Source of the DNA: Selaginella moellendorffii
Lineage: Eukaryota > Plantae > Lycopodiophyta
Assembly (NCBI RefSeq): GCF_000143415.4
Contig: NW_003314362.1
Coordinates: 62,001-126,000 of the forward strand
Length of the DNA: 64,000 bases
Direction: 5' to 3'
In this document: in pieces, positions 36,609 to 49,612 of the stretch
Layout: the number at the start of each line of letters is the position of its first letter
How positions within the stretch are numbered: position 1 is the stretch's first letter
Translations under genes and position numbers: made by a program
The notes under the pieces: generated by a model
What the model saw: the letters and a program-made list of their open reading frames with translations, nothing else
Told to the model about the DNA's origin: nothing
Databases searched by the model: none

Positions 36609-37546
36609 CTATGCATTTACAGACAAGAGTTGCTTCTCCACTTGCAAAAGTTTGCGCTGCAAAGAATAGAATAGAAAATGTTTAGAAAGCATCCAAGGGT
36701 ATTTGGAGTTTTGTTACCTGGAACGACTTGGATCTCCGGAGGGAGGGATCCAAACCAAGAGCAAGGGACAAGTAATGCCTGGCTGCATCGAATTGGGCCA
36801 TCTTTGTGTATGCGTCGGCTTGTCGGACAAAAGCCACTGGCCAGTCGGGATGTAACTCAGCAGCCATCTTGGCATCTGCTAGTCCAGCTTCTAGATCGTC
36901 CATGGCAACCAGCACAGCGGACCTGTTCTTACTCGGTGAGAAACTTAGCGGAGTTTGATTGAAAAGCTATACCTCTTGGCATAGATGTAGTGCAAGCCAC
37001 CGCTTGGATTTAGCTCAATCGCCTGGAGAAAACGAACATGAATGAATCGTCCTGTTTCTCTTCTTTAGATGGAATACGTACGTGTGTGAAGTGATCATAC
37101 GCTTGCTCGAGCTGGCCGAGGTCGACCGCCTTGTCCCCCTTTTGAGCGAGAGCAAAAGCGGCAAGATTACTCTCGGGATTGCTGGCTCCGCATTGCACGT
37201 CCAGAAAGCGCGCAGCATGCGCTGGAGTGTTGCAGTAGGAGACCAAGCGCTGGTCTGGCAGCAGCACAAGATTTGGACCCGAGCCACAGCGTCCTGGCAT
37301 TGTCGATGGATTCGAATGAGGAGAAGAAGAAGGAGAAGAAGAACACATACCCAGGCAACCGCATGATTCCACCGACACAGCCGCTGGCGCCAAATTCTGG
37401 AGCGCTTGCAGCGTCTGGAGGGAGCCGCTCTTCCTGCAAGTGGTGTGCGTGCACACCCGGACCTCGCGCCTCTTCTCCGCCGATGCGCGGCAGCCAAGAA
37501 CCCTAAATCCCACTCCCGCTGACGAGGACAATGCGCTTGTACTCAT
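36609..37546 (-). CDS. Thioredoxin-like [2Fe-2S] ferredoxin domain + TPR protein, plastid-targeted
   Basis: EVRVCTHTTCRKSGS..SCGCLGRCGSGPN (spliced), followed by TPR-like helices ADAKMAAELHPDW..RQADAY..ALGLDPSLRRSKSFQ. Confidence 0.8.
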
Positions 37547-37809
37547 GGTGGGTGAAAAGAAGGAAAGAAAAAAGGGGTTTATACCTTGTGACCTGGAGGG
37601 TACACGTGGATGTGAGCCGGGTTGGGGCGGAATCGAGCTCGAGACCGGCTGTGTTTATATTACACAGGGGATCGCGAGGCTAGGGTTTTGTTCCCTTGCG
37701 AGAGAGTAATGCGGAAGGTGAGAAGGAGGGATCGGATGAATGCGGGAGGAGCTGGGATCGTCGCTGTGAAATCCAGCAGCTAAGCAGGCGCAGGGCCAAA
37801 TTCCAGAGA

Positions 37810-40269
37810 ATGATTAGTGTAGGCAGCGCGAATGGAGCACCTGGGGGTGGGCAGGGCCACTCTGGAGAGAGCGCGAGCTTGGCATGGAACTTCTCACAGG
37901 TGTTTGGGGAGCGCATGTCCGGTGAAGAAATCCAGGAAGGTAAGAAGGAGTTTTTTTCTTCTTAATCAGTGATTGGAATTCCTGTCCTAGCTTACAAGCA
38001 TACACACACTGAAACGCTCCAGCATAACTTAACTGCATTTATTTTGTGTTCCTTCCTATCGTCTCGCTTCGCTCGAGACGAGACGGTGTGGGATTTGGTG
38101 TCTAGGAGCTGGATGCCAATAGTGGTTTTTTCTTCGAGACTGTAGTTGACACCTGGGTTCTGGATTGGTTGCAGTTGACATTATATCCGCAATCGAATTC
38201 GACAAGACTGGTGATCATCTCGCAACTGGAGATCGCGGAGGGCGAGTAGTCCTCTTTGACAGATGTGATGATAAAGAGGTGTGAAGAGAAAGTCTGGTTT
38301 TTTTCTTTATCTTCAGTGGTACTATATATCCTAGCTTGTCTTGCTGCAGCTAAAAAACCGCAAAGAGTTAGAGAAGGCTGACCATTCGATACCTAGGCAT
38401 CCGGAGTACCGCTACTCAACCGAGTTCCAAAGCCACGAACCAGAGGTGCGCTTGCTCTATCGTTGAAGCGTGTTGATGCTACATTACTTTTGTTTTGGCT
38501 TCCCCAGTTTGACTACCTCAAGAGCCTGGAGATAGAGGAAAAGATCAACAAAATCAGATGGTGTCACACGGCTAACGGCGCTCGTTTTGTTTTATCCACT
38601 AATGACAAGACCATCAAGCTTTGGAAGGTAGGATTTCTATTCGGATTAACTTGACGCGTATGTTGGATCCTCTGAACAACGAGCAGATCACAGAAAAGAA
38701 GGTCAAGAGAGTTACAAAGCTAAACGTGGAGACGCCTGAACCATTGGGTCCTAAGAAGGCCTCGTTGATACACAACATGGCTCAAAATTTTGAAATTCCT
38801 CCCGGTGGGATTCCGTCCCTTCATTTGCCAAAGGTATGCTGCTGCTGCTTTTTCTTCTTGTTGCTAAGCTTTGCTGCAGGTTTCTTGCACCGAGACAGCA
38901 CCTTTTGCCAGATGTAGAAGAGTTTATGCAAATGCCCATACATATCATATAAATTCGATTTCCAATAACAGGTCAGCTGTTTGCATTGTGGGGCGCGTGT
39001 CTGACGCTGGTGCTCTCTTTTTTATGCAGTGATTGCGAAACGTATATTTCTGCTGACGATTTGAGAATCAACTTATGGAATATGGAAATTAGTGACCTTA
39101 GTTTCAACATTGTTGATATCAAGCCAGCTAACATGGAAGATCTTACAGGTATAGTCGCATCTCCGCTTCAGTTTTTCATGTCTGACAGGATGATGTTAAC
39201 CTTTGTACAGAAGTTATAACGTCTGCAGAGTTCCATCCCTCCCACTGCAATACTCTTGCTTATAGCAGCTCAAAGGGAACAATTCGTCTTATAGATATGC
39301 GGCAATCGGCTCTTTGTGACCGGCATGCTATATTGTAAGTTCTTGTCTTCTACGCGTGGACTGAAGTTCCATCCTTCCAATGTAGGTTCGAGGAACAGGA
39401 AGCTCCTGCAACAAGATCATTTTTTACAGAAATTGTTGCCTCCATCTCGGATATCAAGTTTTCTCGTAGTGGACGGTACATTCTCAGCCGCGACTATATG
39501 ACATTAAAGGTTTGGCGTTTGTTTTGTTTGCTCGGATCTTTCATTGTTAACGTTTCTTCCTACTTTCAGCTTTGGGACGTGAACATGAACGCCTCTCCGG
39601 TTGTGTCTTTCAAAGTTCATGAGTATTTGAGACCTAAGGTTGCGTCTTTCGATGTCGTTCGGGTGGTCCCTGACTTTGCGGGTTCTTTTGCGTTGCAGTT
39701 ATGTGACTTGTATGAGAACGATTCTTTATTCGACAAATTCGAGTGCTGTTTAAGTGGCGATGGCCTCCGTGTAGCAACCGGATCCTACAGGTATGGATGA
39801 TTCGAGTTTCCAAGTGTGTGTGTGACGAGCTTTTTCATGTTTTGCAGTAATTTGTTTCGTGTGTTTGGGGTGACCCCGGGTAGCGATGAAGCGACTACTT
39901 TGGAGTGTACTAAAACGCCAAACAGGTACGAGAAAAAGAGAAAGCTTCTCTCCGGAGTGGATTGTTCTAACGGTTTTCGCTGGTGATGAAGGCGGCAAGC
40001 ACAAACCCCGAGCAGATTCAGCCGTTTCCCTGCCCTCTCTCGAGGGCGGCGACGAGGTGAAGGTTTCTGGAAAGTTTCAGTTCTCGTTTTGGTGATTGAT
40101 GGTTTCTTCTTTTGCGTTTGTAGAGAATGGAGGCAGTGGTGCCGCTTCTGGGAGTGAGATGAATGGCAGCTACGATTTCTCATCAAAGCTGTTGCATTTG
40201 GCGTGGCATCCGTGTGCTAATCTCATCGCATGCGCCGCCTCCAACAGCCTGTACATGTATTATGCTTAA
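37810..40269 (+). CDS. Protein phosphatase 2A 55-kDa regulatory subunit B (B55)
   Basis: WNFSQVFGE; [13 protein letters not shown]; [23 protein letters not shown]; [13 protein letters not shown]; [11 protein letters not shown]; [13 protein letters not shown]; [19 protein letters not shown]. Confidence 0.96.
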
Positions 40270-40570
40270 GTAGAGTGAGAGCGAGACAAAAAGAAAAAAA
40301 AAAAACAAACAAAAAAAGTGAGAGTATCCAGCGATCGATCGAAGAGTTATTTCTTCTTCTTTTTCTTCTTCTTCGTCTTCCTTGCAACAATCTTCTTCGC
40401 GAAAGAGAAAAGAAATAAGCAAATGCAAGCAAGCAAGCCATTCTTTGTAGACTGACTTCAAACTTTTCAAGTAATAATCTTGTATCAATGGAAGTAAAGG
40501 CTTATCATTCAAAGGAGCTGCTTAGGTTTTTATTCTTTGCCGCGAGGGAGTGGAGAGAGAATTCTCCCCG

Positions 40571-43135
40571 ATGGCGGCAGCTGCTGCTCCGGCGATCCCA
40601 GTGCTTGTGGCTGGAGGAGTAGCAGCTCTCGTCCTGAAATTCTTCTCCAGGAGGCCACCAGCAGCGCCAGAAATCCAGGGAGAAGCATCCGATGATGGTA
40701 AAGATGCTTCCTCCGCTCCAGAGGTTCCTCCGATCACTCTCAGCTGGCACAAGATCTGCTGCGCGCTCCAGGCCAAGGATGGCATCACGACGGTGAGTGG
40801 ATATTTCGATCGATGGTCTCATCACTCGCGATGCGATTGCTCTCTTTCGCTTAGGTGAAGCGCCTGCTTAAGAATCTGAGTGGAGAAGCGAAGGCAGGGA
40901 GGCTTCTGGCGATCATGGGGCCATCTGGCTCTGGAAAGACGACCATTCTTAACGTTCTAGCCGGGCAGCTCGCTGCATCGCCTCGACTCAAGCTTACGGG
41001 GCTGCTCTTCGTCAATGGAACTCCCTGCGTTTCTACGTCTTACAAGTAAGCTATCGGCTAGCTTAATATTAGTTTTTCATTCATTCTATTCATCGCAGGG
41101 TTGCATATGTCCGGCAAGAAGATCTCTTCTTCTCTCAACTCACGGTTCGCGAGACACTCTCCCTTGCTGCTGAGCTTCAATTGCCGGGATCTAGCACTGC
41201 TGCGGAGAGGAGTCGCTACGTGGATGACATACTGCAACGCTTGGGGCTGGTATTTCTATTTTGAACTTGTTTTGTATCATTAAAAACTTCTGTGAGCCAT
41301 GGAACATTGTAGGTGCGCTGTGCGGACACGCCCGTGGGTGATGCCAAAGTGAGAGGCATCAGTGGTGGAGAGAAAAAGAGGCTGTCGATAGCCTGCGAAC
41401 TCATTGCCAGTCCATCTGTAATTTTTGCCGACGAGCCAACTACAGGTTTGTTTTGTGCTACGCAGTTTCGGAGTCATTTCTGATTCCTTGGACTTTTTCC
41501 CTTGGCCAGGACTTGATGCATTTCAAGCAGAGCAAGTGATGGAAACTCTCAAGAAACTTGCCCAAGATGGTCATACCGTTGTGTGTTCGATTCATCAGCC
41601 TCGTGGATCAATCTATTCCAAGTTTGACGACCTCTTATTGCTCTCGGAGGGATCAGTCATTTATGCAGGCCCGGCACAAAATGAAGCTCTAGCATATTTT
41701 GCAGGCCTCGGGTTTGCAGTTTATATTTTTCAGCATGAAATCTCTGACAGAAGTTTATCGCAGGCATTCGTGTCCAGAACACGTAAATCCGGCGGAATTT
41801 TTTGCCGACCTCATCTCGATCGATTATAGCTCCCCGGAGAAAGAATCGGCCTCAAGAAAACGCGTGGAAGCTTTTGTGGAAATTTTTGCGACTACACTGT
41901 ATGCCACTCGATCACTTTCTGGGACCGAGCCAGCTCCCGTAAAGCTTTCCACACAATATGTTACACAGCAGAAGGTTGGGTGGTGGAAGCAGTTCAGGCT
42001 GCTCTTTAGACGAGCCTGGCTGCAGGTATGTACGCGTGTGCATGAACCTTTCGAAGAGCTTACTCCGTTCATTTATTACCAGGCAATACGCGATGGCCCG
42101 ACAAACAAAGTGCGAAGTAGGATGTCCGTTGCAGCTGCCATGATCTTTGGCTCGATCTACTGGAGAATGGGGCGTTCCCAGACGTCAATTCAAGATCGTA
42201 TGGGTCTCCTTCAGGTCTGTTTTGAATTGCCTTGTAATGGATTTATGTAAGTTCACTCCTCTCTACAGGTTGCAGCTGTGAACACTGCAATGGCTGCACT
42301 GACCAAGACTGTTAATGTCTTTCCTAAGGAACGTGCTATCGTTGATAGAGAGAGAGCCAAGGGAAGCTACGGTTTGGCACCTTACTTGGCTGCGAAGCTC
42401 ATAGCGGAGATGCCAATTGGTGCTGCCTTTCCTCTCCTCTTTGGTGCCATTCTCTATCCAATGGCTCGGCTCCATCCATCAGCAAAGAGGTGATACCTTA
42501 TAGTAAACTACCACTCACTTCCATTCTAAAGTTGGTTTGCATGCGCTACAGGTTTGGTAGTTTCTCAAGCATTGTGACTGTGGAGTCTTTCACGGCGTCG
42601 GCTATGGGATTGTGTGTGGGAGCCATGGTTCCCACTACGGAGGCAGCAATGGCACTGGGACCATCGCTCATGACCGTGTTCATCGTCTTTGGTGGCTACT
42701 ACGTGAACTCGGAGAACGCTCCCGTCATGTTCCGCTGGATTCCGCGAGTGTCACTCATAAGATGGTAAGCATTGAATCTACTTTCTCGGCTCTGAGCAAT
42801 GTCGTTCAATGCAGGGCTTTCCAAGCACTGTGCATAAACGAGTTTAAGGGATTAAAGTTCGAGTGTGACAAACCGTATGATCTTCCCAACGGGGAACAGG
42901 TATTTAATACTGATCTTCCTGTGTTTTTGTTCTTGATGCGATCTTGCGCTTATCGAGAAAATGTAACGGCGTGCTGCAGGCACTGGAAAGATTGGGATTC
43001 GGTGACAGCACCATAAACAAGGCAATGGTGGAAGAAGGCCGAATTCTCCTCTTTTGGTACACAATGACATACGCATTGATGAGGAAGAACAAGCCTCGGT
43101 ACCAACGTATTGTAGCACCAGATGAGAGCTCATAA
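40571..43135 (+). CDS. ABCG7: ABC transporter G family half-transporter (ABCG7/WBC7-like)
   Basis: [30 protein letters not shown]; [29 protein letters not shown]; SIHQPRGS; DGPTNKVR; [17 protein letters not shown]. Confidence 0.9.
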
Positions 43136-43236
43136 CACCCGAGTAAGTGGTTTTCAAACAAGAAAGAAGCTCTCTCGCATTTTGCTTTTTTATTTCCCGG
43201 CATTGGAATCAATCAACCAATGCAGATATAAAGTAC

Positions 43237-44193
43237 TCAACTCAGCATCGAGGAGAGTCCTGCAGCGATCGCCTCCTTGCCAGCCACGTCAAATGGCTCG
43301 TCACCAATGTAGAGATCAAACAGGCAGCGGCACAGGAGTTCGCTCTTGACACTCCCGACCTCCTGGCCATCGACTGAGAAGGAAGAACAGAAAATGGTAA
43401 CTCGAAGGCCTATGAATTGCGAACTTACTTCTGGTGGACAGGACGTGACCGGGGAGTCGGACCATGTCGATGGCTGTCCCCTTTGGCAGCTTGATATCCT
43501 CCTTGAAGAGCTGAGTGAAACTGTGGAGGAGCAAAGAGAAGAGATCGAGTGCTAGGAAACGAGAGAAGCAACTTATCAAGCCAAACCTCTGGAGGAGTTG
43601 TTTGTTCTCGGCCCCGGAGAACTTCTTGATGCGTCCGCCAATGGATTCCTCGAAGGCGCTGCGCACGGTGCCCATCTTGAGCTTGCCATAGACGATGACG
43701 AGCCGGACGCTCATCTCCGCATCCATGCATGGCAGCTCCGCCAGCGAGATCGCCTTCTTGTCATCCTTAAGCTTGAGCTCGCGGAGCTTGGCGGCGTTGG
43801 CATAGATTCCTGGACGAGCGAGCACACATTGTCAGAGATGGAAGCCAAAAGATGGGAGTTTGTACCAAAGGCGTAGACGACGATGCTCTTGAGGCCCAAG
43901 ATGCTCTTTTTGCGCAATCCCGTGCCGCCCAGCTCCAGCTTTGCGCCATCGCTGTCGATCCAAGCAGGGAACTCGGCCCCGGTGGAGGATTCCACGGTGA
44001 GAGGAGGAGAGGGGAGAGCCATGGATATGGCGGCGAAGAATGGCGATGGAGAGGGAGGAGGAAGAGAAAGCTTGAGACGAGCATATGAATAATTCACTGC
44101 TACCGCGACTGCCGCGGCGGCTGCTGCTGCCATAGCCGCGGGAGGTCGCGGCGAGCGACACGGCGGCATGCCACCGCGAGCCATGGCCTCCAT
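43237..44193 (-). CDS. FAP3: Chalcone-isomerase-fold fatty-acid-binding protein (FAP3-like)
   Basis: VESSTGAEFP..GTGLRKKSILGLKSIVVYAFG; VRLVIVYGKL..VRSAFEESIGGRI; VGSVKSELLCRCLFDLYIGDEPFD. Confidence 0.8.
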
Positions 44194-44453
44194 TTTCTTT
44201 TTCTCTCTTTCTTTCACGGCTATCTAAACCCAGGTAGGAGTTTGTCCTATTACCCCAGTGGAAAACACAATCTTTTCCATGAGAGCTTCCAAGATATCAA
44301 CCCTTCAAACATGGTCACTTTAACTACTTCCCCTTGTAAGGAAAATTTGCGATTTACGATATGGTTGAGAGGTTCCACCACCTTGGTCTCTTGGACACTC
44401 TATTTTTTCTCCACTTGGGTTTTAGGGCGCGCAGGATTTTAGGCTAGCAAGGA

Positions 44454-46233
44454 ATGGAGAGCGCGGGCGAGGCTGTGGTGTTTCCCTTGCTCAAGGAATG
44501 GGTGGATTACACCTACAGGCCGTGCACCATCCCCTATCGCTTCCCATCGGATCCGCCACACCAGCCCACCCCCACCGAGATGCTCTGGATCCAGCTCTTC
44601 CGCAGATCGATCCCTTCTTTCAGGTTCTACTGTGAGCGATTCCGCACAGATTCTCAAATCGCCTCGCGTTTTGCCCCAGCAAGCGAGCAGAGATGGACGA
44701 TTCGGTGCCCGACGCAGCTGCCAAGGCGCGTGTGTTTGCATCGAGGTAAGAGAATCTCTTGCAAGTGATGGATCTTATTTTCATGGTTTCTTAGATTCGG
44801 GAAGATGCTAGACGATCTAGAGGCCAATCCGGAGAGTCACGGTGGACCTCCTGATTGCATTGTAAGTTTCCTAGAGATCATTCATTCAATCCAATGCCAA
44901 TCGTGGTCGTCTTACATTTTTTCTTTTCTTCTTCTTTCCTTAGCTTCTTTGTAGGCTTCGAGAGGTATGTCTCCGTGAAACTGGATTCCGAGATATCTTC
45001 AAGAGTGTCAAAGTAAGTTGGCCTTTTCTCTTTGTAAAGTGTTCCTCCCTACTTAGTGCGTTTCTCTTGCTATCTAGGACGACGAGAACGCTAAAGCCTT
45101 CGTTTTGTTTGAGGAAGTTGTAAAAGCCGCGGACGCCATAGCTGACGATGGTGGGCGATTGGAACACCTTGTCAAATGCTTGCTCGCAGGAAATGTGTTT
45201 GATCTCGGCTCCGCAGAGGTAATCAATCTCTTAAACTATCTAGTCGCTAAAACTCGTGAACTATAGCTCGCAGAAATGTACAAGAGCGATGGCATGTCTT
45301 TTGTCAAGAGTGTGGAGAAATTACTGCCTCGTCCTTGGGTGATTGACGATCTAGACAAGTTTAAGCTTATGTGGCTACGTCGATCCTGGAAAAAGGTGAG
45401 AAGCTGTCATTTCTTGTGTGATCTTTAAAGCGTGCTTTGTTCACAGGCCGTCATCTTTGTCGACAATGCGGGGGCTGATATCATTCTGGGAATCATCCCT
45501 TTGGCTCGAGAACTCCTTCGACGAGGTACACAGGTGGCTGCATTCTTTCCATGCTCTCAATCTCAAAGTCTTTGGAACAAAGAAGCCTGTTTTTTATCTG
45601 TATGCTTCCTCCTTTTAGGTGGTCTTGGCTGCCAACGAGCTGCCCTCGATCAACGACATCACCTACGCGGAGCTGCTGCAAATCATGTCCAAGGTTTGAA
45701 GTCTCGGGTTTTTTGTCGCTTTATTGACTCGTGGCATCGTCTGCGTGTTTTCAAGCTGAAAGGAGAAGACGGAAAGATACAGGGAGTCGATGCTAGCGGC
45801 CTCATGGTTATCAACACTGGGAACGACTTACCCGTAAGCTCACTCCAAGTTTTCATCTAGAAACTCACCGAGTGACGACTTTTCAGGTGATCGATTTATC
45901 ATCTGTGTCGCAAGAGCTAGCTTTCGCAGCCGCTGATGCCGACCTTGTCATTCTGGAGGGGATGGTAACTTCCAATTCATGATCATGCCTGTGATTCTTA
46001 TCACTGATCATGCTACATTGTTACAGGGAAGAGCCATTGAGACCAATTTGTACGCGCAGTTTCGTTGCGACTCCCTCAAAGTAGGAATGGTACGTAGCTA
46101 TGTGATGCGTGTCTCAAGACTCCGAAGAGGTTACTAGGAGAGTTTTTTACAGGTTAAGCATCAGGAAGTGGCCGAGTTCTTGGGGGGGCGACTGTACGAT
46201 TGCGTCGTCCGGTTCACCGAGGTGATTGCGTGA
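44454..46233 (+). CDS. DUF89 / ARMT1-like damage-control phosphatase
   Basis: YRPCTIPYRFPSD..PTPTE..WI; LAGNVFDLGS; PRPWVIDD; IFVDNAGADIILG; LAANELPSINDIT; ILEGMGRAIETNL; LGGRLYDCV. Confidence 0.9.
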
Positions 46234-46413
46234 TAGCAAGATTGCAAGTTGAATCTATAGGGGCGACCAAAGGTGCCGAAAGTTGGAGCAAGCTATAGTA
46301 CTTCCAAAAGGGGATGAAAGGTAAGCTATGGAATAGCTCCAAGCTCGAGGTATGTAGAAGCGATTATTTTCTTAAAAGAAAGATGGATACTTGCCAAACA
46401 CTTTCGTGAAGTT

Positions 46414-47551
46414 CTACCACAGAGAAGCAAGGTGGCGGATGTTGAAAGGAAACGTTTCTCGCAGAGTTCCGTTCCAAAACCTGTGAGCAGCGATCCGGTT
46501 GAAAGCACTTGAAGGGTGTGCGATGTCCCAGAAGAGATACTGCGATGGGTTTGAACAGTAGCTATCGGTGGCATTGCACCATCGTCCACCTCCAACCGGG
46601 CAGCAGGGATCCACAGTGCTGGACAATCCAAAAGCACCCGGCTGCTGGATCACACCCATCATCAAGTCGTGGAGATTCGCGTACACGATGTGGAGTCCGA
46701 GGTGGGAGGAACTGAAGTCGCGGAGGAGCTGCTGGAGAGCTCGGTTGTAGGCCCGAGCCGAGGACTCCCCGGCTGGCTCGCAGGGAAGAGAGCGCTTCTC
46801 CAGTGGCGGACACCCGATGATCGCCGCGGACACCACCACCATCTTGCGAGCTCCACACGAGTAGAGGCGGTGGAGGTCGCACTCGAGCGATCGCAGCAGC
46901 GCGGCGAGGAGCTCGAGCGGAGCTTGGCTCCCGGTGGCTCGCACGGCGTTGGCGACGTCGTTGGTGCCGATGTTGAGGTAGAAGATGGCGCGGGAGATCG
47001 TCCGGTGGCCGTGGTGCTGCTCCAGCGTTGTGCTTAGCTGCTCGAAGTCGCCGATTTGCTGCTCAAACGTCCGGATGCCTTGCTTCGAGTGGAGGACAAA
47101 GTTCGTGAGATTGGATCATGGCTTTTCTTCTCCTTACCAGGCCGGTGGTGTTGAAGATCCCAGCGCTGGCGGACGCGAAGTTGGCCCCGGTGCTAAAGTT
47201 GGCGCGTTTGTCGTGGAAGTTTGGAGGATATGGGAGTCCCAGGAACGAAGCTGTCCAGCAAAGCGTTCTTGAGAGAAGCAAGAATGGAAGAACAAGATGA
47301 GAGATCTCGATACCAATGTAGTCTGTGACGATGAGCCCGTCGCTCCATCGCCCCGTGGATCGCCGGCCCTCGAAGTTGATCCCATACGGCGGGTGATTGC
47401 ACTTGGCGGAGGTGTTGAAGAAATTGTTGTTCCCGGAGTCGACGAAGGAATCGCCAAAGACGAAGAGCGCAGGAACATCGTAGCGGTGCTGAGGAAAAGG
47501 AGCGCCGCTTACGAGCAAAGATCGCAAGAGCGCCAGGAGCAGCGGCAGCAT
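46414..47551 (-). CDS. GDSL esterase/lipase, secreted
   Basis: Signal peptide, FVFGDSFVDSGNNN, PPYGINF..TGRWSDG, GANFASASAG, IGTND, YLFWDIAHPS. Confidence 0.93.
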
Positions 47552-47722
47552 TTCGATCGAATCGATCGATCATGGCGAGAAGAGCCACAGGCGAGCGCGC
47601 AGAGATTTAAGTAGTGGAGCATTTCATGCCAAGGCGATGGATGGCATCCGGGAAAGCAAAAAAATAAGAATTTTATAAAACTCCAAGAACCCTAATCTCA
47701 AGAGCCCTAGGTTGAGGAGGCG

Positions 47723-49503
47723 ATGGCGGCAGGGCAGCCAGGTGCTGGGGCGGGGCAACCTTCCTCGTCCGCCACTCCAGCGGCGATGATCCAGCAGCTC
47801 CAGCAAGGGCAGCAACAGCAGCAGCAGCAGAGCCAGCATTTGGCCGCGCAGATGCAAATGGCGATGGCGGCGGCGGCGGCGGGTCGCAATGGCGGGATGC
47901 TCAACAGCGCCGCCGGCCCCCTCCAGCAGCAGCTCCTCAAGCAGCGCCTCGCGGTGGGAGGCGTGGGGGGAGGAGGGGGCGTCCAGGGCAGCGCCGGTGG
48001 GATGATCAAACCCCAGCCACACCAGATCCATCAAATGCAGATGATCCAGATGCAAATGCTCCAACAGCAGCAGCAGCAGCAGAGATTGGCGGCGGCGGCA
48101 ACGGCGGCAGCGGCGATCAAGAGCGGCGAAGCCAATCCCGCCGCTAGGCGCAAGAGGAGGAAGATCGGCGATAGGCAAATCCCCGATAGAGTTGGAGCTC
48201 TCCTCCCCGAGTCGGCGCTCTACTCGCAGCTGCTGGAGTTCGAGGGCCGGGTGGACGCGGCGCTGGCCCGGAAGAAGCTCGAGATCCAGGAGAGCGTCCA
48301 GAATCCACCGCGCTACCAGCGAACGCTACGCATGTACGTCTTCAATACGTATGCGAACCAGGTAAACAACCACGACCCACACATGGGATACAACCCGGGC
48401 GAGCCACCCTCGTGGACGCTCCGGATCATGGGCAGGATCGTCGGGGACGATGGCGAGACCGAGAGCGCCGCCGCCAAGAGCTTGCCATTCCCAAAGTTCT
48501 CCTCCTTCTTCAAGAGGATCACCGTCCAGCTCGACCCGGCAATGTATCCCGAGAACTCCACCATCGTCTGGGATGCGTCGAGGAGCACCGGCAACAACAG
48601 TGGCGGGATCATCTCCAGCAATGGCAGCGGCGGTGGCGGCGGCAGCGCTCCCGTGGAGGGATTCGAGATCAAGAGGAAAGGCGACAAGGAGCTGACCGCG
48701 ATCATCCGGCTTGACATGAAGTATACTCCGGAGAGGTACAAGCTCTCACCGCCGCTGGCGGAGCTCTTGGGTGTGGAGGTCGAGACGCGAGCTCGGATCA
48801 TCGCGGCTTTCTGGCACTACATCAAAGGGAAGAAGCTCCAGAACCCGAGCGATCCCACCGTCGTCAACTGCGACTTGCCACTCCAGAGAATCCTGGGCGA
48901 GGACCGCGTCAAGTTCACGTCCATCTTGAACCGGCTCCACCAGCATCTCTCGGCTCCACAACCCATCCAGCTGGAGCACAAGATCAAGCTGAGCGGCAAG
49001 AACCCCGCCGGGAACGCGTGCTACGACATCGTGGTGGACGTGGTGACGCCGCTGCAAAAGGATATGGCGATGTTCTTGGCCAACATGGAGAGGCACAGGG
49101 ACATCGAGGCCTACGACGAGCTCATCTGCAGCTCCATCCGCAAGATCAACGAGCACCGCAAGAGGAGAGCCTTCTTTCTCGGGTTTAGCAACTCGCCGGT
49201 GGAGTTCATCAATGGTCTCATCGCTTCGCAGAGCCGGGACCTCAAGATCATCAATGGCCAGGCCAGCCGGAACGCGGAGAAGGAGCGTCGATCGGATTTC
49301 TACTGCCAACCATGGTTTGTGATCTCGATTTGCTTTTTGGCTGTTCTTGTTTCATTGATCGGTCGAATTTTTCGTGCAGGGTGGAGGACGCAGTGATCAG
49401 GTACTTGAATCGAAGAACAGCCAGGGTGGCGGAAGCTGCGGCCAATGCGGCACCAGCGGCGGTGGCGTTGGCGACAGCGAATTCTTCCGTGACTCCCAGC
49501 TAA
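47723..49503 (+). CDS. SWP73: SWI/SNF subunit SWP73/BAF60 (CHC1-like, SWIB/MDM2 domain)
   Basis: LLPESALYSQLLEFEGRVDAALARKK; LRMYVFNTYANQ; KFSSFFKRITV; LSPPLAELLGVEVETRARII; EHRKRRAFFLGFS..RRSDFY.QPWVEDAVIRYL after one intron. Confidence 0.93.
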
Positions 49504-49612
49504 AGCTTAGCTTGATTCGAGAAAGAACAAAGGGAGGGGAAACTACTATATCGCTACGAAGAACACTTGTACAATTTTTAATCAATTTGAAGAACCCTAA
49601 TTCCTTGCTGCT

